From positions 1 through 64,000 of the forward strand of contig JBHGNT010000091.1 in NCBI GenBank assembly GCA_043228905.1: 64,000 bases of DNA. Direction: 5' to 3'. Shown here in pieces: positions 25,801 through 38,900 of this stretch. Each line of letters starts with the position of its first letter. Position 1 is the stretch's first letter. The position numbers were made by a program, and so were the translations under genes. This DNA comes from Azolla caroliniana (taxonomy: Eukaryota; Plantae; Polypodiophyta). Below the pieces are notes generated by a model. That model saw nothing but the letters and a program-made list of their open reading frames with translations, had not been told where the DNA came from and searched no databases.

Positions 25801-28800
25801 AATTACCAAATTTGAGGAGTGAGTTGAGAGGAGCCCTTGAGTAAATTAAAATATTCATACCTGACTCGTGTCATATCGTATTTTTGTTTTCAAACATGCG
25901 AATCGAAGCTAACAACGCTAGCTATGATGGGGAATTAAAAAATCAAGATTTTGAAACTCAAGTCGAGAGACATGACGAAATTACCAAATTTGAGGAAGTA
26001 GTGGAGAGGAGCCCTTGAGTAAATGAAAATGTTCATACCTGGCTCGTGTGATATCGGATTTTTGTGTTCAAACATGCGAATCGAAGCTAACAACGCTAGC
26101 TATGATATGGAATTAAAAAATCAAGATTTTGAAACTCAGGTCGACAGACATGAAGAAATTACCAAATTTGAGGAGTGAGTTGAGAGGAGCCCTTGAGTAA
26201 ATCAAAATGTTCATACCTGGCTCGTGTCATATCGGATTTTTGTGTTCAAACATGCGAATCGAAGCTAACAACGCTAGCTATGATATGGAATTAAAAAATC
26301 AAGATTTTGAAACTCAGGTCGAGAGACATGATGAAATTACCAAATTTGAGGAGTGAGTTAAGACGAGCTAGTGGGTAAACGAAAATATTCATACCTAGCT
26401 CGTGTCATATCGGATTTTTGTGTTCAAATATGCGAATCGAAGCTAACAACGCTAGCTATGATATGGAATTAAAAAATCAAGATTTTGAAACTCAGGTCGA
26501 CAGACATGACGAAATTACCAAATTTGAGGAGTGAGTTGAGAGCAGCTAGTGGGTAAACGAAAATGTTCATACCTAGCTCGTGTGATATCGGATTTTTGTG
26601 TTCAAACTTGCGAATCGAAGCTAACAACGCTAGTTATGATATGGAATTAAAAAATCAAGATTTTGAAACTCAGGTCGACAGACATGACGAAATTACCAAA
26701 TTTGAGGAGTGAGTTGAGAAGAGCCCTTGAGTAAATGAAAATGTTCATACCTGGCTCGTGTGATATCGGAGTTTTGTGTTCAAACATGCGAATCGAAGCT
26801 AACAACGCTAGCTATGATATGGAATTAAAAAATCAAGATTTTGAAACTCAGGTCGACAGACATGACGAAATTACCAAATTTGAGTAGTGAGTTGAGAGGA
26901 GCCCTTGAGTAAATTAAAATGTTCATACCTGGCTCGTGTCATATCGGAGTTTTGTGTTCAAACATGCGAATCGAAGATAACAACGCTAGCTATTATATGG
27001 AATTAAAAAATCAAGATTTTGAAACTCAGGTCGACAGACATGACGAAATTACCAAATTTGAGGAGTGAGTTGAGAGGAGCCCTTGAGTAAATCGAAATGT
27101 TCATACCTGGCTCGTGTCATATCGGAGTTTTGTGTTCAAACATGTGAATCGAAGCTAACAACGCTAGCTATGATATGGAATTAAAAAATCAAGATTTTGA
27201 AACTCAGGTCGAGAGACATGACGAAATTTCCAAATTTGAGGAGTGAGTTGAGAAGAGCTAGGAGGTAAATTAAATAGTTCATACCTGGCTCGTGTGATAT
27301 CGGATTTTTGTGTTCAAACATGCGAATCGAAGCTAACAATGCTAGCTATGATATGGAATTAAAAAATCAAGATTTTGAAACTCAAGTCGACAGACATGAC
27401 GAAATTACCAAATTTGAGGAGTGAGTTGAGAGGAGCCCTTGAGTAAATTAAAATGTTCATACCTGGTTCGTGTCATTTCGGAGTTTTGTGTTCAAACATG
27501 CGAATCGAAGCTAACAACGCTAGCTATGATATGGAATTAGAAAATCAAGATTTTGAAACTCAGGTCGAGAGACATGACGAAATTACCAAATTTGAGGAGT
27601 GAGTTGAGAGGAGCCCTTGAGTAAATCAAAATGTTCATACCTGGCTCGTGTCATATCGGATTTTTGTGTTCAAACATGCGAATCGAAGCTAACAATGCTA
27701 GTTATGATATGGAATTAAAAAATCAAGATTTTGAAACTCAGGTTGACAGACATGACGAAATTACCAAATTTGAGGAGTGAGTTGAGAGGAGCCCTTGAGT
27801 AAATTAAAATATTCATACCTGACTCGTGTCATATCGTATTTTTGTTTTCAAACATGCGAATCGAAGCTAACAACGCTAGCTATGATGGGGAATTAAAAAA
27901 TCAAGATTTTGAAACTCAAGTCGAGAGACATGACGAAATTACCAAATTTGAGGAGTGAGTTAAGAAGAGCTAGGAGGTAAATTAAAATGTTCATACCTGG
28001 CTCGTGTGATATCGGATTTCTGTGTTCAAACATGCGAATCGAAGCTAACAACGCTAGCTATGATATGGAATTAAAAAATCAAGATTTTAAAACTCAGGTC
28101 GACAGACACGACGAAATTACCATATTTGAGGAGTGAGTTGAGAGGAGCCCTTGAGTAAATTAAAATGTTCATACCTGGCTCGTGTCATATCGGATTTTTG
28201 TGTTCAAACATGCAAATCGAAGCTAACAACACTACCTATGATATGGAATTAAAAAATCAAGATTTTGAAACTGAGGTCGAGAGACATGACGAAATTACCA
28301 TATTTGAGGAGTGAGTTGAGAGGAGCCCTTGAGTAAATTAAAATGTTCATACCTGGCTCGTGTCATATCGGATTTTTGTGTTCAAACATGCAAATCGAAG
28401 CTAACAACACTATCTATGATATGGAATTAAAAAATCAAGATTTTGAAACTCAGGTCGAGAGACATGACGAAATTAGCAAACTTGAGGAAGTAGTGGAGAG
28501 GAGCCCTTGAGTAAATGAAAATGTTCATACCTGGCTCGTGTGATATCGGATTTTTGTGTTCAAACATGCGAATCGAAGCTAACAACGCTAGCTATGATAT
28601 GGAATTAAAAAATCAAGATTTTGAAACTCAGGTCGACAGACATGAAGAAATTACCAAATTTGAGGAGTGAGTTGAGAGGAGCCCTTGAGTAAATCAAAAT
28701 GTTCATACCTGGCTCGTGTCATATCGGATTTTTGTGTTCAAACATGCGAATCGAAGCTAACAACGCTAGCTATGATATGGAATTAAAAAATCAAGATTTT

Positions 28801-29520
28801 GAAACTCAGGTCGAGAGACATGATGAAATTACCAAATTTGAGGAGTGAGTTAAGACGAGCTAGTGGGTAAACGAAAATATTCATACCTAGCTCGTGTCAT
28901 ATCGGATTTTTGTGTTCAAATATGCGAATCGAAGCTAACAACGCTAGCTATGATATGGAATTAAAAAATCAAGATTTTGAAACTCAGGTCGACAGACATG
29001 ACGAAATTACCAAATTTGAGGAGTGAGTTGAGAGCAGCTAGTGGGTAAACGAAAATGTTCATACCTAGCTCGTGTGATATCGGATTTTTGTGTTCAAACT
29101 TGCGAATCGAAGCTAACAACGCTAGTTATGATATGGAATTAAAAAATCAAGATTTTGAAACTCAGGTCGACAGACATGACGAAATTACCAAATTTGAGGA
29201 GTGAGTTGAGAAGAGCCCTTGAGTAAATGAAAATGTTCATACCTGGCTCGTGTGATATCGGAGTTTTGTGTTCAAACATGCGAATCGAAGCTAACAACGC
29301 TAGCTATGATATGGAATTAAAAAATCAAGATTTTGAAACTCAGGTCGACAGACATGACGAAATTACCAAATTTGAGTAGTGAGTTGAGAGGAGCCCTTGA
29401 GTAAATTAAAATGTTCATACCTGGCTCGTGTCATATCGGAGTTTTGTGTTCAAACATGCGAATCGAAGATAACAACGCTAGCTATTATATGGAATTAAAA
29501 AATCAAGATTTTGAAACTCA
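22830..29520 (+). repeat. 11-monomer higher-order repeat (1958 bp) x2, followed by a 14-monomer expanded copy
   Basis: The ATAACAACGC (GAAGATAAC) marker lies at 23061, 25019 and 26977 (spacing 1958), then at 29469 (2492 = 14x178). The extra three monomers are at ~27960-28490. Confidence 0.9.
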
Positions 29521-32500
29521 GGTCGAGAGACATGACGAAATTTCCAAATTTGAGGAGTGAGTTGAGAAGAGCTAGGAGGTAAATTAAATAGTTCATACCT
29601 GGCTCGTGTGATATCGTATATTTGTGTTCAAACATGCGAATCGAAGCTAACAACGCTAGCTACGATATGGAATTAAGAAATGAAGATTTTGAAACTCAGG
29701 TCGAGAGACATGAGGAAATTACCAAATTTGAGGAGTGAGTTAAGACGAGCTAGTGGGTAAACGAAAATGTTCATACCTAGCTCGTGTGATATCGGATTTT
29801 TGTGTTCAAACATGCGAATCGAAGCTAACAACGCTAGCTATGATATGGAATTAAGAAATCAAGATTTTGAAACTCAGGTCGAGAGACATGAAGAAATTAC
29901 CAAATTTGAGGAGTGAGTTGAGAGGAGCCCTTGAGTAAATGAAAATGTTCATACCTGGCTCGTGTAATATCGGATTTTTGTGTTCAAACATGCGAATCGA
30001 AGCTAACAACGCTAGCTATGACATGGAATTAAAAAATCAAGATTTTGAAACTCAGGTCGAGAGACATGACGAAATTTCCAAATTTGAGGAGTGAGTTGAG
30101 AAGAGCTAGGAGGTAAATTAAATAGTTCATACCTGGCTCGTGTGATATCGTATATTTGTGTTCAAACATGCGAATCGAAGCTAACAACGCTAGCTATGAT
30201 CTGGAATTAAAAAATAAAGATTTTGAAACTCAGGTCGAGAGACATGATGAAATTACCAAATTTGAGGAGTGACTTGAGAGGAGCCCTTCAGTAAATGAAA
30301 ATGTTCATACCTGGCTCGTGTGATATCGGATTTTTGTGTTCAAACATGCGAATCGAAGCTAACAATGCTAGCTATGATATGGAATTAAAAAATCAAGATT
30401 TTGAAACTCAGGTCGACAGACATGACGAAATTACCAAATTTGAGGAGTGAGTTGAGAGGAGCCCTTGAGTAAATGAAAATGTTCATACCTGGCTCGTGTC
30501 ATATCGGATTTTTGTGTTCAAACATGCGAATCGAAGCTAACAACACTACCTATGATATGCAATTAAAAAATCAAGATTTTGAAACTCAGGTCGAGAGACA
30601 TGACGAAATTACCAAATTTGAGGAGTGAGTTGAGAAAAGCTAGGAGGTAAATTAAATAGTTCATACCTGGCTCGTGTGATATCGTATATTTGTGTTCAAA
30701 CATGCGAATCGAAGCTAACAACGCTAGCTATGATATGGAATTAAGAAATCAAGATTTTGAAACTCAGGTCGAGAGACATGAGGAAATTACCAAATTTGAG
30801 GAGTGAGTTAAGACGAGCTAGTGGGTAAACGAAAATGTTCATACCTAGCTCGTGTGATATCGGATTTTTGTGTTCAAACATGCGAATCGAAGCTAACAAC
30901 ACTACGTATGATATGGAATTAAAAAATCAAGATTTTGAAACTCAGGTCGAGAGACATGACGAAATTAGCAAACTTGAGGAAGTAGTGGAGAGGAGCCCTT
31001 GAGTAAATCAAAATGTTCATACCTGGCTCGTGTGATATCGGATTTTTGTGTTCAAACATGCGAATCGAAGCTAACAATGCTAGCTATGATATGGAATTAA
31101 AAAATCAAGATTTTGAAACTCAGGTCAACAGACATGACGAAATTACCAAATTTGAGGAGTGAGTTGAGAGGAGCCCTTCAGTAAATTAAAATGTTCATAC
31201 CTGGCACGTGTTATATCGGATTTTTGTGTTCAAACATGCGAATCGAAGCTAACAACGCTAGCTATTATATGGAATTAAAAAATCAAGATTTTGAAACTCA
31301 GGTCGAGAGACATGATGAAATTACCAAATTTGAGGAGTGAGTTAAGACGAGCTAGGAGGTAAATTAAAATATTCATACCTGACTCGTGTCATATCGTATT
31401 TTTGTTTTCAAACATGCGAATCGAAGCTAACAACGCTAGCTATGATGGGGAATTAAAAAATCAAGATTTTGAAACTCAAGTCGAGAGACATGACGAAATT
31501 ACCAAATTTGAGGAGTGAGTTAAGAAGAGCTAGGAGGTAAATTAAAATGTTCATACCTGGCTCGTGTGTTATCCGATTTCTGTGTTCAAACATGCGAATC
31601 GAAGCTAACAACGCTAGCTATGATATGGAATTAAAAAATCAAGATTTTAAAACTCAGGTCGACAGACACGACGAAATTACCATATTTGAGGAGTGAGTTG
31701 AGAGGAGCCCTTGAGTAAATTAAAATGTTCATACCTGGCTCGTGTCATATCGGATTTTTGTGTTCAAACATGCGAATCGAAGCTAACAACGCTAGCTATG
31801 ATATGGAATTAAAAAATCAAGATTTTGAAACTCAGGTCGAGAGACATGAAGAAATTACCAAATTTGAGGAGTGAGTTGAGAGGAGCCCTTGAGTAAATCA
31901 AAATGTTCATACCTGGCTCGTGTCATATCGGATTTTTGTGTTCAAACATGCGAATCGAAGCTAACAACGCTAGCTATGATATGGAATTAAAAAATCAAGA
32001 TTTTGAAACTCAGGTCGAGAGACATGATGAAATTACCAAATTTGAGGAGTGAGTTAAGACGAGCTAGTGGGTAAACGAAAATATTCATACCTAGCTCGTG
32101 TCATATCGGATTTTTGTGTTCAAATATGCGAATCGAAGCTAACAACGCTAGCTATGATATGGAATTAAAAAATCAAGATTTTGAAACTCAGGTCGACAGA
32201 CATGACGAAATTACCAAATTTGAGGAGTGAGTTGAGAGCAGCTAGTGGGTAAACGAAAATGTTCATACCTAGCTCGTGTGATATCGGATTTTTGTGTTCA
32301 AACTTGCGAATCGAAGCTAACAACGCTAGTTATGATATGGAATTAAAAAATCAAGATTTTGAAACTCAGGTCGACAGACATGACGAAATTACCAAATTTG
32401 AGGAGTGAGTTGAGAGGAGCCCTTGAGTAAATCAAAATGTTCATACCTGGCTCGTGTCATATCGGATTTTTGTGTTCAAACATGCGAATCGAAGCTAACA

Positions 32501-35500
32501 ACGCTAGCTATGATATGGAATTAAAAAATCAAGATTTTGAAACTCAGGTCGACAGACATGACGAAATTACCAAATTTGAGGAGTGAGTTGAGAAGAGCCC
32601 TTGAGTAAATGAAAATGTTCATACCTGGCTCGTGTGATATCGGAGTTTTGTGTTCAAACATGCGAATCGAAGCTAACAACGCTAGCTATGATATGGAATT
32701 AAAAAATCAAGATTTTGAAACTCAGGTCGACAGACATGACGAAATTACCAAATTTGAGTAGTGAGTTGAGAGGAGCCCTTCAGTAAATTAAAATGTTCAT
32801 ACCTGGCTCGTGTCATATCGGAGTTTTGTGTTCAAACATGCGAATCGAAGATAACAACGCTAGCTATTATATGGAATTAAAAAATCAAGATTTTGAAACT
32901 CAGGTCGACAGACATGACGAAATTACCAAATTTGAGGAGTGAGTTGAGAGGAGCCCTTGAGTAAATCGAAATGTTCATACCTGGCTCGTGTCATATCGGA
33001 GTTTTGTGTTCAAACATGTGAATCGAAGCTAACAACGCTAGCTATGATATGGAATTAAAAAATCAAGATTTTGAAACTCAGGTCGAGAGACATGACGAAA
33101 TTTCCAAATTTGAGGAGTGAGTTGAGAAGAGCTAGGAGGTAAATTAAATAGTTCATACCTGGCTCGTGTGATATCGGATTTTTGTGTTCAAACATGCGAA
33201 TCGAAGCTAACAATGCTAGTTATGATATGGAATTAAAAAATCAAGATTTTGAAACTCAAGTCGACAGACATGACGAAATTACCAAATTTGAGGAGTGAGT
33301 TGAGAGGAGCCCTTGAGTAAATTAAAATATTCATACCTGGCTCGTGTCATATCGGATTTTTGTGTTCAAACATGCGAATCGAAGCTAACAATACTACCTA
33401 TGATATGGAATTAAAAAATCAAGATTTTGAAACTCAGGTCGACAGACATGACGAAATTACCAAATTTGAGGAGTGAGTTGAGAGCAGCTAGTGGGTAAAC
33501 GAAAATGTTCATACCTAGCTCGTGTGATATCGGATTTTTGTGTTCAAACTTGCGAATCGAAGCTAACAACGCTAGTTATGATATGGAATTAAAAAATCAA
33601 GATTTTGAAACTCAGGTCGAGAGACATGACGAAATTTCCAAATTTGAGGAGTGAGTTGAGAAGAGCCCTTGAGTAAATGAAAATGTTCATACCTGGCTCG
33701 TGTGATATCGGAGTTTTGTGTTCAAACATGCGAATCGAAGCTAACAACGCTAGCTATGATATGGAATTAAAAAATCAAGATTTTGAAACTCAGGTCGACA
33801 GACATGACGAAATTACCAAATTTGAGTAGTGAGTTGAGAGGAGCCCTTGAGTAAATTAAAATGTTCATACCTGGCTCGTGTGATATCAGAGTTTTGTGTT
33901 CAAACATGCGAATCGAAGCTAACAACGCTAGCTATGATTTGGAATTAAAAAATCAAGATTTTGAAACTCAGGTCGAGAGACATGATGAAATTACCAAATT
34001 TGAGGAGTGAGTTAAGACGAGCTAGTGGGTAAACGAAAATATTCATACCTAGCTCGTGTCATATCGGATTTTTGTGTTCAAATATGCGAATCGAAGCTAA
34101 CAACGCTAGCTATGATATGGAATTAAAAAATCAAGATTTTGAAACTCAGGTCGACAGACATGACGAAATTACCAAATTTGAGGAGTGAGTTGAGAGCAGC
34201 TAGTGGGTAAACGAAAATGTTCATACCTAGCTCGTGTGATATCGGATTTTTGTGTTCAAACTTGCGAATCGAAGCTAACAATGCTAGCTATGATATGGAA
34301 TTAAAAAATCAAGATTTTGAAACTCAGGTCGAGAGACATGACGAAATTTCCAAATTTGAGGAGTGAGTTGAGAAGAGCTAGGAGGTAAATTAAATAGTTC
34401 ATACCTGGCTCGTGTGATATCGGATTTTTGTGTTCAAACATGCGAATCGAAGCTAACAACGCTAGCTATGATATGGAATTAAAAAATCAAGATTTTGAAA
34501 CTCAGGTCGACAGACATGACGAAATTACCAAATTTGAGGAGTGAGTTGAGAAGAACCCTTGAGTAAATGAAAATGTTCATACCTGGCTCGTGTGATATCG
34601 GAGTTTTGTGTTCAAACATGCGAATCGAAGCTAACAACGCTAGCTCTGAAATGGAATTAAAAAATCAAGATTTTGAAACTCAGGTCGAGATACATGACGA
34701 AATTACCAAATTTGAGGATTGAGTTGAGAGGAGCCCTTGAGTAAATCAAAATGTTCATACCTGGCTCGTGTCCTATCGGATTTTTGTGTTCAAACATGCG
34801 AATCGAAGCTAACAACGCTAGCTATGATATGGAATTAAAAAATCAAGATTTTGAAACTCAGGTCGAGAGACATGACGAAATTTCCAAATTTGAGGAGTGA
34901 GTTGAGAAGAGCCCTTGAATAAATGAAAATGTTCATACCTGGCTCGTGTGATATCGGAGTTTTGTGTTCAAACATGCGAATCGAAGCTAACAACGCTAGC
35001 TATGATATGGAATTAAAAAATCAAGATTTTGAAACTCAGGTCGACAGACATGACGAAATTACCAAATTTGAGGAGTGAGTTGAGAAGAACCTTTAAGTAA
35101 ATGAAAATGTTCATACCTGGCTCGTGTGATATCGGAGTTTTGTGTTCAAACATGCGAATCGAAACTAAGAACGCTAGCTCTGAAATGGAATTAAAAAATC
35201 AAGATTTTGAAACTCAGGTTGACAGACATGACGAAATTACCAAATTTGAGGAGTGAGTTGAGAGGAGCCCTTGAGTAAATCAAAATGTTCATACCTTGCT
35301 CGTGTGATATCGGATTTCTGTGTTCAAACATGCGAATCGAAGCTAACAATGCTAGCTATGATGTGGAATTAAAAAATCAAGATTTTGAAACTCAGGTCGA
35401 GAGACATGACGAAATTAGCAAACTTGAGGAAGTAGTGGAGAGGAGCCCTTGAGTAAAGGAAAATGTTCATACCTGGCTCGTGTGATATCGGATTTTTGTG

Positions 35501-35963
35501 TTCAAACATGCGAATCGAAGCTAACAACGCTAGCTATGATATGGAATTAAAAAATCAAGATTTTGAAACTCAGGTCGAGAGACATGACGAACTTACCAAA
35601 TTTGAGGGGTGAGTTGAGAGGAGCCCTTGAGTAAATCAAAATGTTCATACCTGGCTCGTGTCATATCGGATTTTTGTGTTCAAACATGCGAATCGAAGCT
35701 AACAACGCTAGCTATGATATGGAATTAAAAAATCAAGATTTTGAAACTCAGGTAGAGAGACATGACGAAATTACCAAATTTGAGGAGTGAGTTCAGAAGA
35801 GCTAGGAGGTAAATTAAATAGTTCATACCTGGCTCGTGTGATATCGGATTTTTGTGTTCAAACATGCGGATCGAAGCTAACAATGCTAGCTATGATATGG
35901 AATTAAAAAATCAAGATTTTAAAACTCAGGTCGACAGACACGACGAAATTACCATATTTGAGG

Positions 35964-35981
35964 TACGACAGACACGACAGC
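35964..35981. other. Strand-switch (inversion) junction with 18-bp filler TACGACAGACACGACAGC
   Basis: The forward monomer stops at ...CCATATTTGAGG (35963) and the reverse monomer starts at CCTGAG (35982). The filler contains CGACAGACACGAC (35966-35978), identical to 35932-35944. Confidence 0.93.
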
Positions 35982-38900
35982 CCTGAGTTTCAAAATCTTG
36001 ATTTTTTAGTTCCATATCATAGGTAGTGTTGTTAGCTTCTATTCGCATGTTTGAACACAAAAATCCGATATGACACGAGCCATGTATGAACATTTTAATT
36101 TACTCAAGGGCTCCTCCCAACTCACTCCTCAAATTTGGTAATTTCGTCATGTCTGTTGACCTGAGTTTTAAAATCTTGATTTTTTAATTCCATATCATAG
36201 CTAGCGTTGTTAGCTTCGAATCGCATGTTTGAACACAAAAATCCGATATCACACGAGCCAGGTATGAACTATTTAATTTACCTCCTAGCTCTTCTCAACT
36301 CACTCCTCAAATTTGGAAATTTCGTCATGTCTCTCGACCTGAGTTTCAAAATCTTGATTTTTTAATTCCATATCATAACTAGCGTTGTTAGCTTCGATTC
36401 GCATGTTTGAACACAAAAATCCGATATCACACGAGCCAGGTATGAACATTTTCATTTACTCAAGGGCTCTTCTCAACTCACTCCTCAAATTTGGAAATTT
36501 CGTCATGTCTCTCGACCTGAGTTTCAAAATCTTGATTTTTTAATTCCATATCATAACTAGCGTTGTTAGCTTCGATTCGCATGTTTGAACACAAAAATCC
36601 GATATGACACGAGCCAGGTATAAACATTTTGATTTACTCAAGGGCTCTTCTCAACTCACTCCTCAAATTTGGAAATTTCGTCATGTCTCGCGACCTGCGT
36701 TTCAAAATCTTGATTTTTTAATTCCATATCATAGCTAGCATTGTTAGCTTCGATTCGCATGTTTGAACACAAAAATCCGATATGACACGAGCCAGGTATG
36801 AACATTTTGATTTACTCAAGGGCTCCTCTCAACTCACTCCTCAAATTTGGTAATTTCGTCATGTATCTCGACCTGAGTTTCAAAATCTTGATTTTTTAAT
36901 TCCATTTCAGAGCTAGCGTTGTTAGCTTCGATTCGCATGTTTGAACACAAAAATCCGATATCACACAAGCCAGGTATGAACATTTTCACTTACTCAAGGG
37001 CTCCTCTCCACTACTTCCTCAAGTTTGCTAATTTCGTCATGTCTCTCGACCTGAGTTTCAAAATCTTGATTTTTTAGTTCCATATCATAGGTAGTGTTGT
37101 TAGCTTCGATTCGCATGTTTGAACACAAAACTCCGATATCACACGAGCCAGGTATGAACATTTTCATTTACTCAAGGGTTCTTCTCAACTCACTCCTCAA
37201 ATTTGGTAATTTCGTCATGTCTGTCGACCTGAGTTTCAAAATCTTGATTTTTTAATTCCATATCATAGCTAGCGTTGTTAGCTTCGAATCGCATGTTTGA
37301 CAACAAAAATCCGACATCACACGAGCCAGGTATGAACTATTTAATTTACCTCCTAGCTCTTCTCAACTCACTCCTCAAATTTGGAAATTTCGTCATGTCT
37401 CTCGACCTGAGTTTCAAAATCTTGATTTTTTAATTCCATATCATAACTAGCGTTGTTAGCTTCGATTCGCATGTTTGAACACAAAAATCCGATATCACAC
37501 GAGCCAGGTATGAACATTTTCATTTACTCAAGGGCTCTTCTCAACTCACTCCTCAAATTTCGAAATTTCGTCATGTCTCTCGACCTGAGTTTCAAAATCT
37601 TGATTTTTTAATTCCATATCATAGCTAGCGTTGTTAGCTTCGATTCGCATGTTTGAACACAAAAATCCGATATGACACGAGCCAGGTATGAACATTTTAA
37701 TTTAATCAAGGGCTCCTCTCAACTCGCTCCTCAAATTTGGTAATTCCGTCATGTATCTCGACCTGAGTTTCAAAACCTTGATTTTTTAATTCCATATCAG
37801 AGCTAGCGTTGTTAGCTTCGATTCCCATGTTTGAACACAAAAATCCGATATGATACGTGCCAGGTATGAACATTTTAATTTACTCAGGGCTCCTCTCAAC
37901 TCACTCCTCAAAATTTGGAAATTTCGTCATGTCTCTCGACCTTAGTTTCAAAATCTTGATTTTTTAGTTCCATATCATAGGTAGTGTTGTTAGCTTCTAT
38001 TCGCATGTTTGAACACAAAAATCCGATATGACACGAGCCAGGTATGAACATTTTAATTTACTCAAGGGCTCCCCTCAACTCACTCCTCAAATTTGGTAAT
38101 TTCGTCATGTCTGTCGACCTGAGTTTTAAAATCTTGATTTTTTAATTCTATATCAGAGCTAGCGTTGTTAGCTTCGATTCACATGTTTGAACACAAAAAT
38201 CCGATATGACACGAGCCAGGTATGAACATTTTAATTTACCTCCTAGCTCTTCTGAACTCACTCCTCAAATTTGGTAATTTCGTCATGTCTCTCGACCTGA
38301 GTTTCAAAATCATGATTTTTTAATTCCCCATCATAGGTAGCGTTGTTAGCTTCGATTCGCATGATTGAAAACAAAAATATGATATGACACGAGTCAGGTA
38401 TGAATATTTTAATTTACTCAAGGGCTCCTCTCAACTCACTCCTCAAATTTGGTAATTTCGTCATGTCTGTCAACCTGAGTTTCAAAATCTTGATTTTTTA
38501 ATTCCATATCATAACTACCGTTGTTAGCTTCGATTCGCATGTTTGAACACAAAAATCCGATATGACACGAGCCAGGTATGAACATTTTGATTTACTCAAG
38601 GGCTCCTCTCAACTCACCCCTCAAATTTGGTAAGTTCGTCATGTCTCTCGACCTGAGTTTCAAAATCTTGATTTTTTAATTCCATATCATAGCTAGCGTT
38701 GTTAGCTTCGATTCGCATGTTTGAACACAAAAATCCGATATCACACGAGCCAGGTATGAACATTTTCCTTTACTCAAGGGCTCTTCTCAACTCACTCCTC
38801 AAATTGTGTAATTTCGTCATGTCTCTCGACCTGAGTTTCAAAATCTTGATTTTTTAATTCCATATCATAGCTAGCATTGTTAGCTTCGATTCGCATGTTT

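Larger units (their letters stand above)
1..35963 (+). repeat. 178-bp tandem satellite array, forward orientation (~202 monomers), centromere-like
   Basis: ATTTTTGTGTTCAAACATGC recurs at 1, 179, 357 and onward, giving a period of 178. Monomer: ATTTTTGTGTTCAAACATGCGAATCGAAGCTAACAACGCTAGCTATGATATGGAATTAAAAAATCAAGATTTTGAAACTCAGGTCGAGAGACATGACGAAATTWCCAAATTTGAGGAGTGAGTTGAGAGGAGCCCTTGAGTAAATKAAAATGTTCATACCTGGCTCGTGTVATATCGG. The centromeric role is inferred only from the nucleosome-sized monomer and the homogeneity. Confidence 0.98.

Noticed and set aside
35964-35981. Transposon insertion or footprint at the junction
   Set aside because: There are no LTR/TIR ends or target-site duplication, and the filler is explained by local template copying.
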